A stretch of DNA of 64,000 nt. It comes from Candidatus Marinacidobacterales bacterium. GTDB taxonomy: Bacteria; Acidobacteriota; Vicinamibacteria; Marinacidobacterales; SMYC01. Position 1 is the first letter of the stretch. Each line of letters begins with the position of its first letter. The notes under the pieces were generated by a model. That model was given only the letters and a program-made list of their open reading frames with translations, was not told the DNA's origin and made no database searches. The position numbers and the translations under genes were made by a program. Shown here piece by piece: positions 38,632-47,617 of the stretch. The DNA is taken from NCBI GenBank assembly GCA_965237955.1, contig OZ250169.1, forward strand, positions 5,376,001-5,440,000. The letters are read 5' to 3'.

Positions 38632-40017
38632 ATGATGTCCAAAAAGCTGCTCCCAGGAATCGCTGACAACGTCCTCGCGACGATCGGCAACACACCTCTC
38701 ATCAAGCTCAATAACGTCACCCGCGGTATCGCCGCCACCGTGCTGGCCAAAGTGGAGTTTTTCAACCCGGGCGGCTCGGTGAAAGACCGCATCGGGATCG
38801 CCATCATCGAAGATGCCGAGAAGCAAGGGCTTCTCAAACCCGGCGGCACCATCGTCGAAGCGACGTCGGGGAACACAGGGATGGGGCTGGCGCTCGCGGC
38901 CTCCGTGAAAGGCTACAAGGCCATCTTCGTCATGCCCGACAAGATGAGCGACGAGAAGATCCGGACGCTCGAAGCACTCGGAGCGAAAGTCGTCGTGTGT
39001 CCGACCGCCGTCGAGCCCGAAGATCCGCGAAGCTATTACAAGGTCTCCCGCAAGATCGCCGACGAGACTCCGAATTGTCTCTACGCCAACCAATACCACA
39101 ACCAGGTCAACCCTCAGGCGCACTACGACACCACCGGTCCCGAGCTATGGGAGCAGACCGGCGGGAAGATCGACGCTCTCGTCGTCGGGATGGGGACGGG
39201 CGGTACGATCTCGGGAACCGGCAAGTACTTGAAAGAGAAAAACCCCGATATCCAGATCATTGGCGCCGATCCCGTGGGCTCGCTTTTCTACGAATATTTC
39301 AAGACCGGGAACTTGGGCGCCGCCCACTCCTACAAAGTGGAAGGCGTCGGTGAAGACTTTCTACCGTCGACCATGCATTTCGATTACGTCGACGACGTCT
39401 ACCAGGTAGGCGACAAGGAATCGTTCCTCGCCGCCCGCCGTCTGGGGCGCGAGGAAGGGCTTTTTGTAGGAGGCTCGTGCGGGACGGCGGCCGCAGCGGC
39501 ACTGCGGTACGCCAAAACGCTTCCGGCCGGGAAAGTCGTCGTCGTGCTGCTGCCGGACTCCGGCTCGCGCTACTTGTCGAAATTCTTCAACGACGATTGG
39601 ATGCGACAGAACCGGTTCATGGAAACGGACCTGGGGGAGAGCACCGTGTCCGACCTTCTTGCCTCGAAGCGTATCCAGAACGTCTTCACCGTTTCGTCCC
39701 AAGAGAGCATGGCCAAGGTGGTGCGCACGATGAAAGAGCACAGCATCTCGCAGCTTCCCGTCATGGACGACGGCAAGCTCACCGGGATGATTACCGAGTT
39801 CGCTCTTCTCGAGCACATGGTGCACGGGAGCGCCGGCGCCGACGACCCGATCGAAGCGCTCGTGAGCAAAGAGCACATGGAAGTGGTCTCGCCACGCAAC
39901 TCCCTCGAAGCCCTGGCCGAGGTCTTCAACCGCGGCCATATCGCCGTGGTCCTGGACGAAGAGTCCGTGAGCGGTATCGTCACCAAGATCGATCTCATCA
40001 GCTTCCTCGCCGAATAG
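38632..40017 (+). CDS. cbs: Cystathionine beta-synthase with C-terminal CBS pair
   Basis: NPGGSVKDRIG (PLP Lys), TSGNTG, GMGTGGT, PDSGSRYLSK, CBS domains (ISQLPV, GIVTKIDL). Confidence 0.9.
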   Translation: MMSKKLLPGIADNVLATIGNTPLIKLNNVTRGIAATVLAKVEFFNPGGSVKDRIGIAIIEDAEKQGLLKPGGTIVEATSGNTGMGLALAASVKGYKAIFVMPDKMSDEKIRTLEALGAKVVVCPTAVEPEDPRSYYKVSRKIADETPNCLYANQYHNQVNPQAHYDTTGPELWEQTGGKIDALVVGMGTGGTISGTGKYLKEKNPDIQIIGADPVGSLFYEYFKTGNLGAAHSYKVEGVGEDFLPSTMHFDYVDDVYQVGDKESFLAARRLGREEGLFVGGSCGTAAAAALRYAKTLPAGKVVVVLLPDSGSRYLSKFFNDDWMRQNRFMETDLGESTVSDLLASKRIQNVFTVSSQESMAKVVRTMKEHSISQLPVMDDGKLTGMITEFALLEHMVHGSAGADDPIEALVSKEHMEVVSPRNSLEALAEVFNRGHIAVVLDEESVSGIVTKIDLISFLAE

Positions 40018-40018
40018 C

Positions 40019-41170
40019 GTGGCCAGAGCGATCGCGTTCCTGACAGCGGGCCTTTTGGCCGGCTGCGCGTCGAAAGCCGAACGCGACCGAACGCTTCCAC
40101 CCTCTCTGTCGTTCGTCGCCGACTTTTCTGTTGCTTCCGGCATCCGATTCGACACGCTAGGCGACGAACCGTTTGGTGGTATTTCCGGTGTCGCTTACGA
40201 TGCCTCATCGGGAAACTGGATCGCTCTCGCCGATGCCCGGAGCAGCTCGCGTTTCTATGAGCTGTCTGTGGTGTACGACGGTAGCGCGCTCCACGTGCAG
40301 CCCATCGGGTTGACGCGTTTGCACGACGGCGAAGGGGAAGCGTTTCCCGAAAACGTGCTCGATCCCGAAGGCGTTGCTGAGACACCGTGGGGCACGCTAC
40401 TGATCTCGACGGAAGCGGACTCTCGGCGCGAGCCGGTCGTGCAGGCCAAGCTTCTCGAGTTCGACGTGAGCGGGCGATTGTTGCGGCGGTTCGAGTTGCC
40501 GGAAAAATTCGTCGTCAGAGGGTGGCCACCTGACAAAGGCGTCCGCCACAATCTCGGTTTCGAGAGCTTGACGGTGTCGCCAGGCGGCACCAGGTTGTTT
40601 GTCGGTGGCGAAGAATCTCTTCTGCAAGACGGGTCGGAAGCAACGTTCGATCACGGCGCGCTTTGCCGCATTGTCGAGTACCGCGTTGGAGACGGGGAGA
40701 TCGCACCGATTGCGGAGTACGCCTATCCGCTCGGGCCGGTGGCGCGGCCAGCGAAGCTTAACGACGTGGACCTGAACGTGGGACTCGTCGAGCTCGTCGC
40801 GCTTACGGAGTCCAAGCTCCTGGCGCTCGAGCGTGATTTCATTCGTGAGCGTTTCGGCGCGCGACGCGGGATGAACCGAGTCCGCATCTTCTTTGTCGAT
40901 CTCGCCGGGGCCACGGATGTATCCGGCGTCGCGAGCCTAAGAAACGGCGGCGCGTTTCAGCCGGTAGGAAAAGAGCTCTTGCTAGACTTCGATGATATCG
41001 TTCCGAAGCTGTCGTCGGAGTTTCGCCGCCTGGACAACTTCGAGGCGATGGGGCTCGGTCCGGTCCTGCCGGACGGAGGTCGAAGTCTCCTCGTGGTAAG
41101 CGACGACAACTTCAGCGATAGCCAACGCTCGGCGTTTTTTCTGTTCAGCTTAAAGGCGGTGGAAAAGTGA
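40019..41170 (+). CDS. Esterase-like activity of phytase family lipoprotein
   Basis: Lipobox LLAGC; GGISG, DPEGV, NLGFESL, DNFEAM, VSDDNF. Confidence 0.85.
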   Translation: MARAIAFLTAGLLAGCASKAERDRTLPPSLSFVADFSVASGIRFDTLGDEPFGGISGVAYDASSGNWIALADARSSSRFYELSVVYDGSALHVQPIGLTRLHDGEGEAFPENVLDPEGVAETPWGTLLISTEADSRREPVVQAKLLEFDVSGRLLRRFELPEKFVVRGWPPDKGVRHNLGFESLTVSPGGTRLFVGGEESLLQDGSEATFDHGALCRIVEYRVGDGEIAPIAEYAYPLGPVARPAKLNDVDLNVGLVELVALTESKLLALERDFIRERFGARRGMNRVRIFFVDLAGATDVSGVASLRNGGAFQPVGKELLLDFDDIVPKLSSEFRRLDNFEAMGLGPVLPDGGRSLLVVSDDNFSDSQRSAFFLFSLKAVEK

Positions 41171-41174
41171 CACG

Positions 41175-41882
41175 CTACCTACTCACTCTCCTGATGGTCA
41201 GCTCGTCCGCGTGGGCGCAATCCCCGGACCCGTTTACGAGCGGGAATCTGCGGCGGCGTTCGTAGATGGCGAGTACGCTGAGCGACGCGAACAACACGAG
41301 CCCAGGAGCGACGATCGGGCGCGGCACTGCCGGAGGAAGCGACGCTAACCGCGCCGCCGGGCGGTAGCTGTCCAGCGAGACGATGCCTTGGACGCCTTCC
41401 GGGTTGTGGCAGTGAACGCAGTGCGCGTCGAGGACCGCTTTCGCGGTTGGCCACTCCGATTCCGGCGCGCCGGCGTCGATCCAGTCGACGAGCGTCTTGT
41501 GCGCTTCCGGCGACTCCAGATATTCGCCCATCGTGCCGCCGGTAATCTTCTCCTCGAGTACGGGCAGCACTTCCGCGGCGCGTGCGGCGTCCGAATAGTT
41601 GTCGAGCGGCAGGAATTCGAACGACGCGTCGGAGTGGTGGCACGTCGTGCAGCGATCTTCGAACACGCTTTCGACTCGCGGCCAGTCGCGCTCCGGCGCG
41701 CCATCGTTCACCCACCGCAGAATCGTTTCTCTTTCCTCCGCGGTCTCGAGGAACTCTTCCATCTTGCCTCCGTCGATGACGGCGGCAAGACGAGGCGGAC
41801 GGCCGTAATCTGGTTTGGCGAGGAGTGCTAGAAGGAGGAAACCGGCCGCCGCGAGTGCGACAAGCCCGAGGAGCGGTTTCAT
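41175..41882 (-). CDS. Membrane-anchored diheme c-type cytochrome made of two tandem repeats
   Basis: CTTCH and CVHCH; N-terminal hydrophobic segment; C-terminal VPRP-TM-RRRR; ATGA overlap with the upstream oxidase. Confidence 0.75.
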   Translation of the reverse strand: MKPLLGLVALAAAGFLLLALLAKPDYGRPPRLAAVIDGGKMEEFLETAEERETILRWVNDGAPERDWPRVESVFEDRCTTCHHSDASFEFLPLDNYSDAARAAEVLPVLEEKITGGTMGEYLESPEAHKTLVDWIDAGAPESEWPTAKAVLDAHCVHCHNPEGVQGIVSLDSYRPAARLASLPPAVPRPIVAPGLVLFASLSVLAIYERRRRFPLVNGSGDCAHADELTIRRVSR

Positions 41883-42961
41883 CCGTTCTTCATCTGTCCC
41901 CAAAAATTGGTGTGGCCTTCCATGACGCGGTGCATCTCGGTCCGGCTCGGCTCGAGCGACCACTCGCCGCGCTCATGGGTGCTCCCGAGAGCGATGCCGT
42001 CACGGCGCGGGATCATGTACAGCCCGCCGCCGACCATCATGTAGTCGATCTCGGGCTGCGGGAGCAGAAACGTGAGCTGACCTTTGATAGGCGTTAGGGT
42101 CTCGTCACCGAAGAGATCCCGCGCGCCAAGGCCGCTGCAGTTCATGATGACGGACTCGTCGAGTGAGAGTACGTCGACGACGCTCGCGAACGATCGGAGA
42201 ACGACGTCACCGCCGGCGATCCGATAGTCCCGCAGCAAGGCTCTCAGATACGTGGGCGGCTCGATGACCATCGTCCAGCTTCGGCGGACATAAGGCCACG
42301 GAAACGGGTGCTCGCCTGCGGCTAGATCTTGGCCCTCGGGAAAGAGGTCGGCGATGAGACTGCGCGTCGTCGATTCCGGGGGCTGCTCCGATACGCTGTA
42401 GCGAGGTCGCCAGCGAACGCCGTACTCGAGACCGACGTAGTTCTGATAATAGCGGTTCGCGAAACGCGCCGCCTTCACGAACTGCTCGTCGTACGCTTCC
42501 GTCCGCTCGCCCGGGTCCACCGTCGAGCCCGGGCTCCACCACGCCGCGGACATGTTCGAGGTCGTATCGGGCGGGATGTCCTTAGAATAAATGGTCACGT
42601 CCTTGCCCAGCTTTTGGAGGAGTCGCCCGGTAGAGAGACCCATGACACCGCAACCTATTATCGCGAATCGTTCTTCTCCGGTCGTGAGCGCTTTCTCGAC
42701 TGCCAGATGCGACGAGCCCCACGAAAGCGACATGCCGCCGCCACCGTGACCGTAGTTGTGAACGACGGTTTTGTTGCCGAACGTCTCCACTTCGACCCTA
42801 AAGCCCGACGGGCGGAAGGGGCGTAGTCCTACCGTGGTGCGGATGACGCGCTCGCTAGAGACGTTGACTCGGGCGAGGCCCGGGCCCGCACTCCGGCAAC
42901 CTGCTCCGAGTGCCAAGAGGCCGGCGGCTTGCAGCCATTCACGTCGATCCATGGCGGTCAT
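41879..42961 (-). CDS. D-amino-acid oxidase family flavoprotein, circularly permuted, Tat lipoprotein
   Basis: DRREWL...LGAGC signal; GLRPFR and VVHNYGHGGGG.SLSWG precede the IGCGVMG Rossmann motif; NCSGLGAR, PIKGQ. Confidence 0.85.
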   Translation of the reverse strand: MTAMDRREWLQAAGLLALGAGCRSAGPGLARVNVSSERVIRTTVGLRPFRPSGFRVEVETFGNKTVVHNYGHGGGGMSLSWGSSHLAVEKALTTGEERFAIIGCGVMGLSTGRLLQKLGKDVTIYSKDIPPDTTSNMSAAWWSPGSTVDPGERTEAYDEQFVKAARFANRYYQNYVGLEYGVRWRPRYSVSEQPPESTTRSLIADLFPEGQDLAAGEHPFPWPYVRRSWTMVIEPPTYLRALLRDYRIAGGDVVLRSFASVVDVLSLDESVIMNCSGLGARDLFGDETLTPIKGQLTFLLPQPEIDYMMVGGGLYMIPRRDGIALGSTHERGEWSLEPSRTEMHRVMEGHTNFWGQMKNG

Positions 42962-43737
42962 TCTATCAACAAGCCGTTCAGCTCGTCGTAGCTCAAGACG
43001 ATTTCCGTCGCCCCGAGGGCGTAAGGCGCGACTTCGTAGGCGTTGTAGTAGAACGTGAGCGCGTCTTCACCGATGGCGAAGTTGTCGGTCAGTGCGAACA
43101 CACCGTTCTCGAAGAACGCGAAACCGGCGTCGGTCAAGCTCATGCCGTCTTCGATGCTGCGCACTTCTCGAAACAGCGCCTGGGCGAGCGGCAAGAGCTT
43201 TGCCTCGTAGTCATCGACCAGCACATCCGACAACGGAATGCTCTCTCCGGTCCGTGGGTCTAGGTTCGAGAAAGTCACCGTCGCCATCCCATGAGCGCAG
43301 CCGGTAAACGAATGCTCGGAAAGGCTCATGCTCAGAATCTCCGACGTGTTGTGGAGAACGAACGCCTTCCGCTCCAGAAACCACGCATGCTCGTAGCTGG
43401 GCTGGTCTTCTTTGAGGCGGCGATACTCGTCGATGAACGCTTGCATCAACGCTTCCACGCTCGGGTAGGATTCCTCGTCTCCGTAGTTGGCGGTGAGGGA
43501 GGAGAACACCGCCTCGGTCACCGCGGTCACGGCGTACCCTTCGGGTGCATCGACGAGAACGGGATAATCGAGGCGGACGTAAGTGCAACCGTCGGCGCCG
43601 GCGAGACAGTTGTCGAACGTCTGCTCTTTGGTGAGCATTTTGAACTCGAGTCGGTCCATCACTTGCGGTGGAGCTTTTCCTTTGTCGGAAGCTTCGCAGC
43701 TCACCAGCACGAGTGCCAGCGAGAACCATATCCTCAT
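42958..43737 (-). CDS. DUF3298/DUF4163 (RsiV/PdaC-like) lipoprotein
   Basis: Lipobox LVSC; F.G.AHG motif; FYYNAYEVAPYALG. Confidence 0.8.
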   Translation of the reverse strand: MRIWFSLALVLVSCEASDKGKAPPQVMDRLEFKMLTKEQTFDNCLAGADGCTYVRLDYPVLVDAPEGYAVTAVTEAVFSSLTANYGDEESYPSVEALMQAFIDEYRRLKEDQPSYEHAWFLERKAFVLHNTSEILSMSLSEHSFTGCAHGMATVTFSNLDPRTGESIPLSDVLVDDYEAKLLPLAQALFREVRSIEDGMSLTDAGFAFFENGVFALTDNFAIGEDALTFYYNAYEVAPYALGATEIVLSYDELNGLLIE

Positions 43738-44268
43738 AGACCCGTTAGTATACGGTCAAAGGACGAGCGTAAACACCACGAGTAGGACGAACAGTGTCCC
43801 GTAGGCAGCTCTTGCGCAGACGTCCGTCCGTCGTGCGTCTTCATGGCGTCCGTGTTTGGTGATGCGGCTCGTGTAGATTGCTTCGGCGAGCGAAATTGAA
43901 AACGAGAATCATCGCGCCTACACTCGTCGAAACGAGTGTCTAGACGAATGCGATAATCCGGACGGCGGTTCTATGGGCCATGTGTGCGTTCCGAGCCGCG
44001 CAGCATGGCACAAAAACGAGCAACTCCGCCAGGCGAGGCACACGCGCTACGGAGACATGTTCACCAGGACGATTCTCCGCGATGCGCAGGGGCGTCATGC
44101 CGGGCAGGAAGACCGGTCGACTCGACGTCCACGAATGACCGAGCGTGCGTATGAGGCTAGTAGAACACCGCGTCCTCACCTCGCGCGGCGATGAGGTTGT
44201 CGACGTGCTCCACCAGGGCATCGCGTCGTTTCAGGATACTGCCTATTTCGACTGGAGTCAGGTAGTTA

Positions 44269-44478
44269 TTGGCGTTCTACTTGCTGACCGCGCGGGACGT
44301 CGTCTCGGGCGCCTCGCCCGAAGAAGTTCTTCTGAGAGCGATGAAAGCCGAGCCGGTCCGTCCTTCGCGGTACGTGAGTGGGATTCCCGAGCAGCTGGAC
44401 TTGCTCGTACTTCGGTGTCTGGCACGGAATCCGGACGACCGGCCTCGGACGATGTCCGATGTTGCGTCGGTACCATGA
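44269..44478 (+). pseudogene. Ser/Thr kinase C-lobe fragment
   Basis: FYLLT...PVRPSR...IPEQLDLLVLRCLARNPDDRP. Confidence 0.65.
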
Positions 44479-44488
44479 ATCCCGCGCA

Positions 44489-44824
44489 TTAATTGTCGGT
44501 CTTCGGGAGCTCGGGGAGCTCCGCGGGTGGCTCCGGCTTCTCGGCTGGCGTGCTCGGCGGCATGATCACCCAGAGCGCGAGGTAGATCAGGATCCCCCAA
44601 CCGCCGAGGAACGCTGCAATGACGAACGCGATGCGGAGCGCGGTGACGGAAACACCGAACTGACGGGCGAGTCCCGCGCACACGCCCGAGAACATCTTGT
44701 CGTCGAGGTCGCGGTGCCACTCGCCGGCGCCGGGACGCGGGCCTAGCATGCTTCCGCAGTGACGGCACTTGACGGCGGCCTCTTTGATGTCTTCCGCGCA
44801 ATAGGGGCAAGTTTTCGTGCTCAT
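44489..44824 (-). CDS. Zinc-ribbon plus PspC-domain protein
   Basis: CPYCAEDI..AAVKCRHCG; DKMFSGVCAGLA...RIAFV...YLALWVIMP. Confidence 0.85.
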   Translation of the reverse strand: MSTKTCPYCAEDIKEAAVKCRHCGSMLGPRPGAGEWHRDLDDKMFSGVCAGLARQFGVSVTALRIAFVIAAFLGGWGILIYLALWVIMPPSTPAEKPEPPAELPELPKTDN

Positions 44825-44886
44825 GTAGTCCTTTCTCTGAGTTGAACGCCCCAGCTCGCCAGCAGGGGAAGCGATCCATACGCCAC

Positions 44887-45654
44887 CGCTTCGGCGAGCA
44901 CCACGCGCTGGCGGCAATCGGCGTAGATACAGAGGGATACAAGCATGTTCTGGGGCTTCGGGATGGAGCATCGGAGAACCAGATAGTGTGCAAGGCGCTG
45001 CTGGAGGACCTGGTCGAACGAGGCCTGAGCCCAGAGCGGTATCGGCTGTTCGTGATCGATGGCTCCAAGGCGCTACGGGTCGCCGTCGACGCTGTGTTCG
45101 GTACCCACAACAAGGTCCAGCGTTGCAGGAAGCACAAGGAGCGCAATGTGCTCGGTTATCTGCCGCAGGAGCTGAAGCCGCAAGTGCAAGCGAGCCTGCG
45201 TTCGGCCTGGCAGCTCCCAGCAAAGAAGGGCAAAGCGCGGTTGGAGCAACAGGCGAAGTGGCTCGAGGACGACTACCCCTCGGCGGCGGAGAGCATCCGG
45301 GAGGGGCTCGACGAGATGTTCACCATCAACGAGCTCGACCTCCCCGCATCTCTGAAACGCTGCCTTGGATCGACGAACATCATCGAGTCGTGCTTCAGCG
45401 GTGCGCGAGGTCGTACCCGTCGCGTCACCCGCTGGCGCAATGGCAAGATGGTTCTGAGATGGGCCGCTTCGGCTCTGCTCGCCACGGAGAAAAATTTCCG
45501 TCGTATCATTGGATACCAATCGCTACCGATCCTCGAAGCGAAGTTAGCGGAGGTCACTGAGAATCAAGCGCTCGACAAGCACGCCAAAGTCGGGTAAACC
45601 ATGTGTCAGGAGCCGCCACCACCTCGAACCTTCAACTATGGTGGGGGCACCTCC
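44887..45654 (+). mobile_element. 5'-truncated copy of IS256 type 1
   Basis: Near-identical to 25170-25936 (one C/Y codon difference seen); only the right IR is present. Confidence 0.9.
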
Positions 45655-46648
45655 CGTTCAACGCGACGCCTCGGATCATCGCTTCATCTTCGAACGTTCC
45701 GTCCGTGCGATTGACCCATAGCTGGTTCGGGTTGCCGTCATTGGCCACGTAGATGTCGGGCCACTCGTCGGCCGTGAAATCGGCCGCAACGACACCGAGC
45801 CCGCTTCCCCCTGCCTGGATTCCCGATTCTGACGTGACGTCGGTGAACGTTCCATCACCGTCGTTGTGATAGAGCGTGTCTAAGGACGGTGGAAATTCTT
45901 GTGGCCCGCAGTAATCGGGCACGTCGTCGAGGCCCTGACACGGATGATCCGGAGCGAACTCTATGTAGTGAGCGACAAACAGATCCAGAAACCCGTCGCG
46001 GTCGTAGTCCAGAAAACTAGCCGATACACTCCAGTGATTCCCGGCGAAGCCAACGTCTGCCGTCGACTCGCGGAACGTGCCATCACCGTTATTGAGATAG
46101 AACGTATCCAAGCCGTAGTTCGTGAAATAGACGTCAGCATCACCGTCGTTGTCAATGTCTCCGATCGCGATTCCCTGTCCGAAGCCGGGATCTCCCAATC
46201 CGCTTTCCCGAGTCACTTCGTGGAACGCTCCGGCGTCGCTCTGACGGAACAGCCGGTTATGGGCAGGCATGTCTTGCTCACCCGGCGGCGGTTGTCGTGT
46301 CTGAAGCAGGTCGAGGTCACCATCGAGGTCATAGTCGAAGAGCGCAACGCCGCCTCCGGTGATCTCGGGCAGAGAAAAGTTCCCGTCGGGCCAAGCCGCG
46401 GGGCTCGAGTACTCGATTCGCTCCGTGATTTCGATGAGAAACGACCGATTGATCGGATCTCCCTCGGCCGCCGTGGGCCGGTTTATCGACGAGGTCGCAG
46501 CAACTACGTGATCCTCTTCGGTTGGAGTCGTGGTGACGGCGACGGCAGGCTCGGGCTCCAAGTCCGCGGATTTTTCGCCACTCTCGCGGTTCGTGCACGC
46601 GGGCGAGACCGTAACTAGAAACAAAAAGCACAGCGCGACGAGAACCAT
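45655..46648 (-). pseudogene. CRTAC1/FG-GAP (VCBS) repeat protein, 3'-truncated by IS256
   Basis: Repeated DYDLDGDLD, DIDNDGDAD, DYDRDGFLD, NNGDGTF; the frame runs into the IS right end. Confidence 0.85.
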
Positions 46649-46788
46649 CAAGGTACGTTTCCAAAAGTGAACGCGCGTGTCAATACTTTTCCTTCGGTGC
46701 GGCGGTGGGCGTCGGTTAGCCTTACAATCCAAGCTTTTCCGCCAAGTCGCTCCCTCTTAGGAGCTTATGTAGGCACCCCAACACACGC

Positions 46789-46805
46789 TGTCAGCTTTCC
46801 TTACA
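46789..46805 (+). promoter_or_regulatory. Candidate enhancer site (TGT-N11-ACA) for a sigma54 activator
   Basis: TGTCAGCTTTCCTTACA about 100 bp upstream of the sigma54 promoter; a second TGT-N10-ACA at 46768. Confidence 0.6.
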
Positions 46806-46902
46806 GAGCGGATTCAAATCGCCAGCACGTGCCCGTGGAAATCGCCGCTAACGAACTCTAATTAAACAACTTCGTTTCGCATGCTATCGACGCACTTCTG
46901 TT

Positions 46903-46918
46903 TGGCATGTTGATTGCA
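46903..46918 (+). promoter_or_regulatory. sigma54 (-24/-12) promoter
   Basis: TGGCATGTTGATTGCA = GG-N10-GC, 45 nt before the ATG. Confidence 0.8.
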
Positions 46919-46962
46919 AAGCAGAATGTCGTGTTTCTTATCCAAGCGTCAGGAGAACCAAG

Positions 46963-47604
46963 ATGACCAGTCCGTGGAAGACAATCCTTATCGGTGGGTT
47001 CGCACTCGCGATTAGTTCAGCCGCTGCCGCCACTCCGTGGCTCGAAATCGGAGACGCCGGAAGCCTGCCTGGAACAGCGCAGATAACAATCGGCGGCGGT
47101 CCGCTCACCATCATTTCGGGGAACATCTTTTCGTCGTCGGACGAGGACATGTATTTGATCAATATCTCCAACCCCGCAGCGTTTTCAGCAACCACGGTGG
47201 GCACCGGAGGTACCGCGTTCGACACGCAGCTGTTCCTGTTCGACTCGACAGGATTGGGCGTGTACACGAACGATGATGCCGTAGGGCTTCGGTCGACGCT
47301 GCCAGCAGCGCACGCGCTCGGCCCGGCACTCCCCGGCCAATACTATCTTGCGATTTCGACCTTCGACAACGACCCCGTCAGCGGAGCGGGCCTCATTTTT
47401 CCCAACACGTTCCCGGGCGTCTTCGGTCCGACCGGCCCAGGTGGAGCCGCGCCAATCACGGGGTGGGCGGGGGCAGGTAGTACCGGAACCTACAATATCC
47501 ACCTAACGGGGGCAAACTTTGGCGTGCCGGTGCCCGGCACCGTTTTGCTCGTCGCCACGGGACTGCTGGGCGTCGGCACGCTGCGACGCCGGCGTCGCAG
47601 CTAA
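46963..47604 (+). CDS. PEP-CTERM-type exosortase substrate (PPC/DVUA0089-like domain)
   Basis: Signal peptide; FDTQLFLFD..G..NDD; C-terminal VPVPGT + TM + RRRRRS; AGGAG RBS. Confidence 0.85.
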   Translation: MTSPWKTILIGGFALAISSAAAATPWLEIGDAGSLPGTAQITIGGGPLTIISGNIFSSSDEDMYLINISNPAAFSATTVGTGGTAFDTQLFLFDSTGLGVYTNDDAVGLRSTLPAAHALGPALPGQYYLAISTFDNDPVSGAGLIFPNTFPGVFGPTGPGGAAPITGWAGAGSTGTYNIHLTGANFGVPVPGTVLLVATGLLGVGTLRRRRRS

Positions 47605-47617
47605 AGCTGACTTCAAC

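Noticed and set aside
43940-44260. Short ORFs upstream of the kinase fragment
   Set aside because: No recognisable motif or consistent frame; probably decayed sequence.
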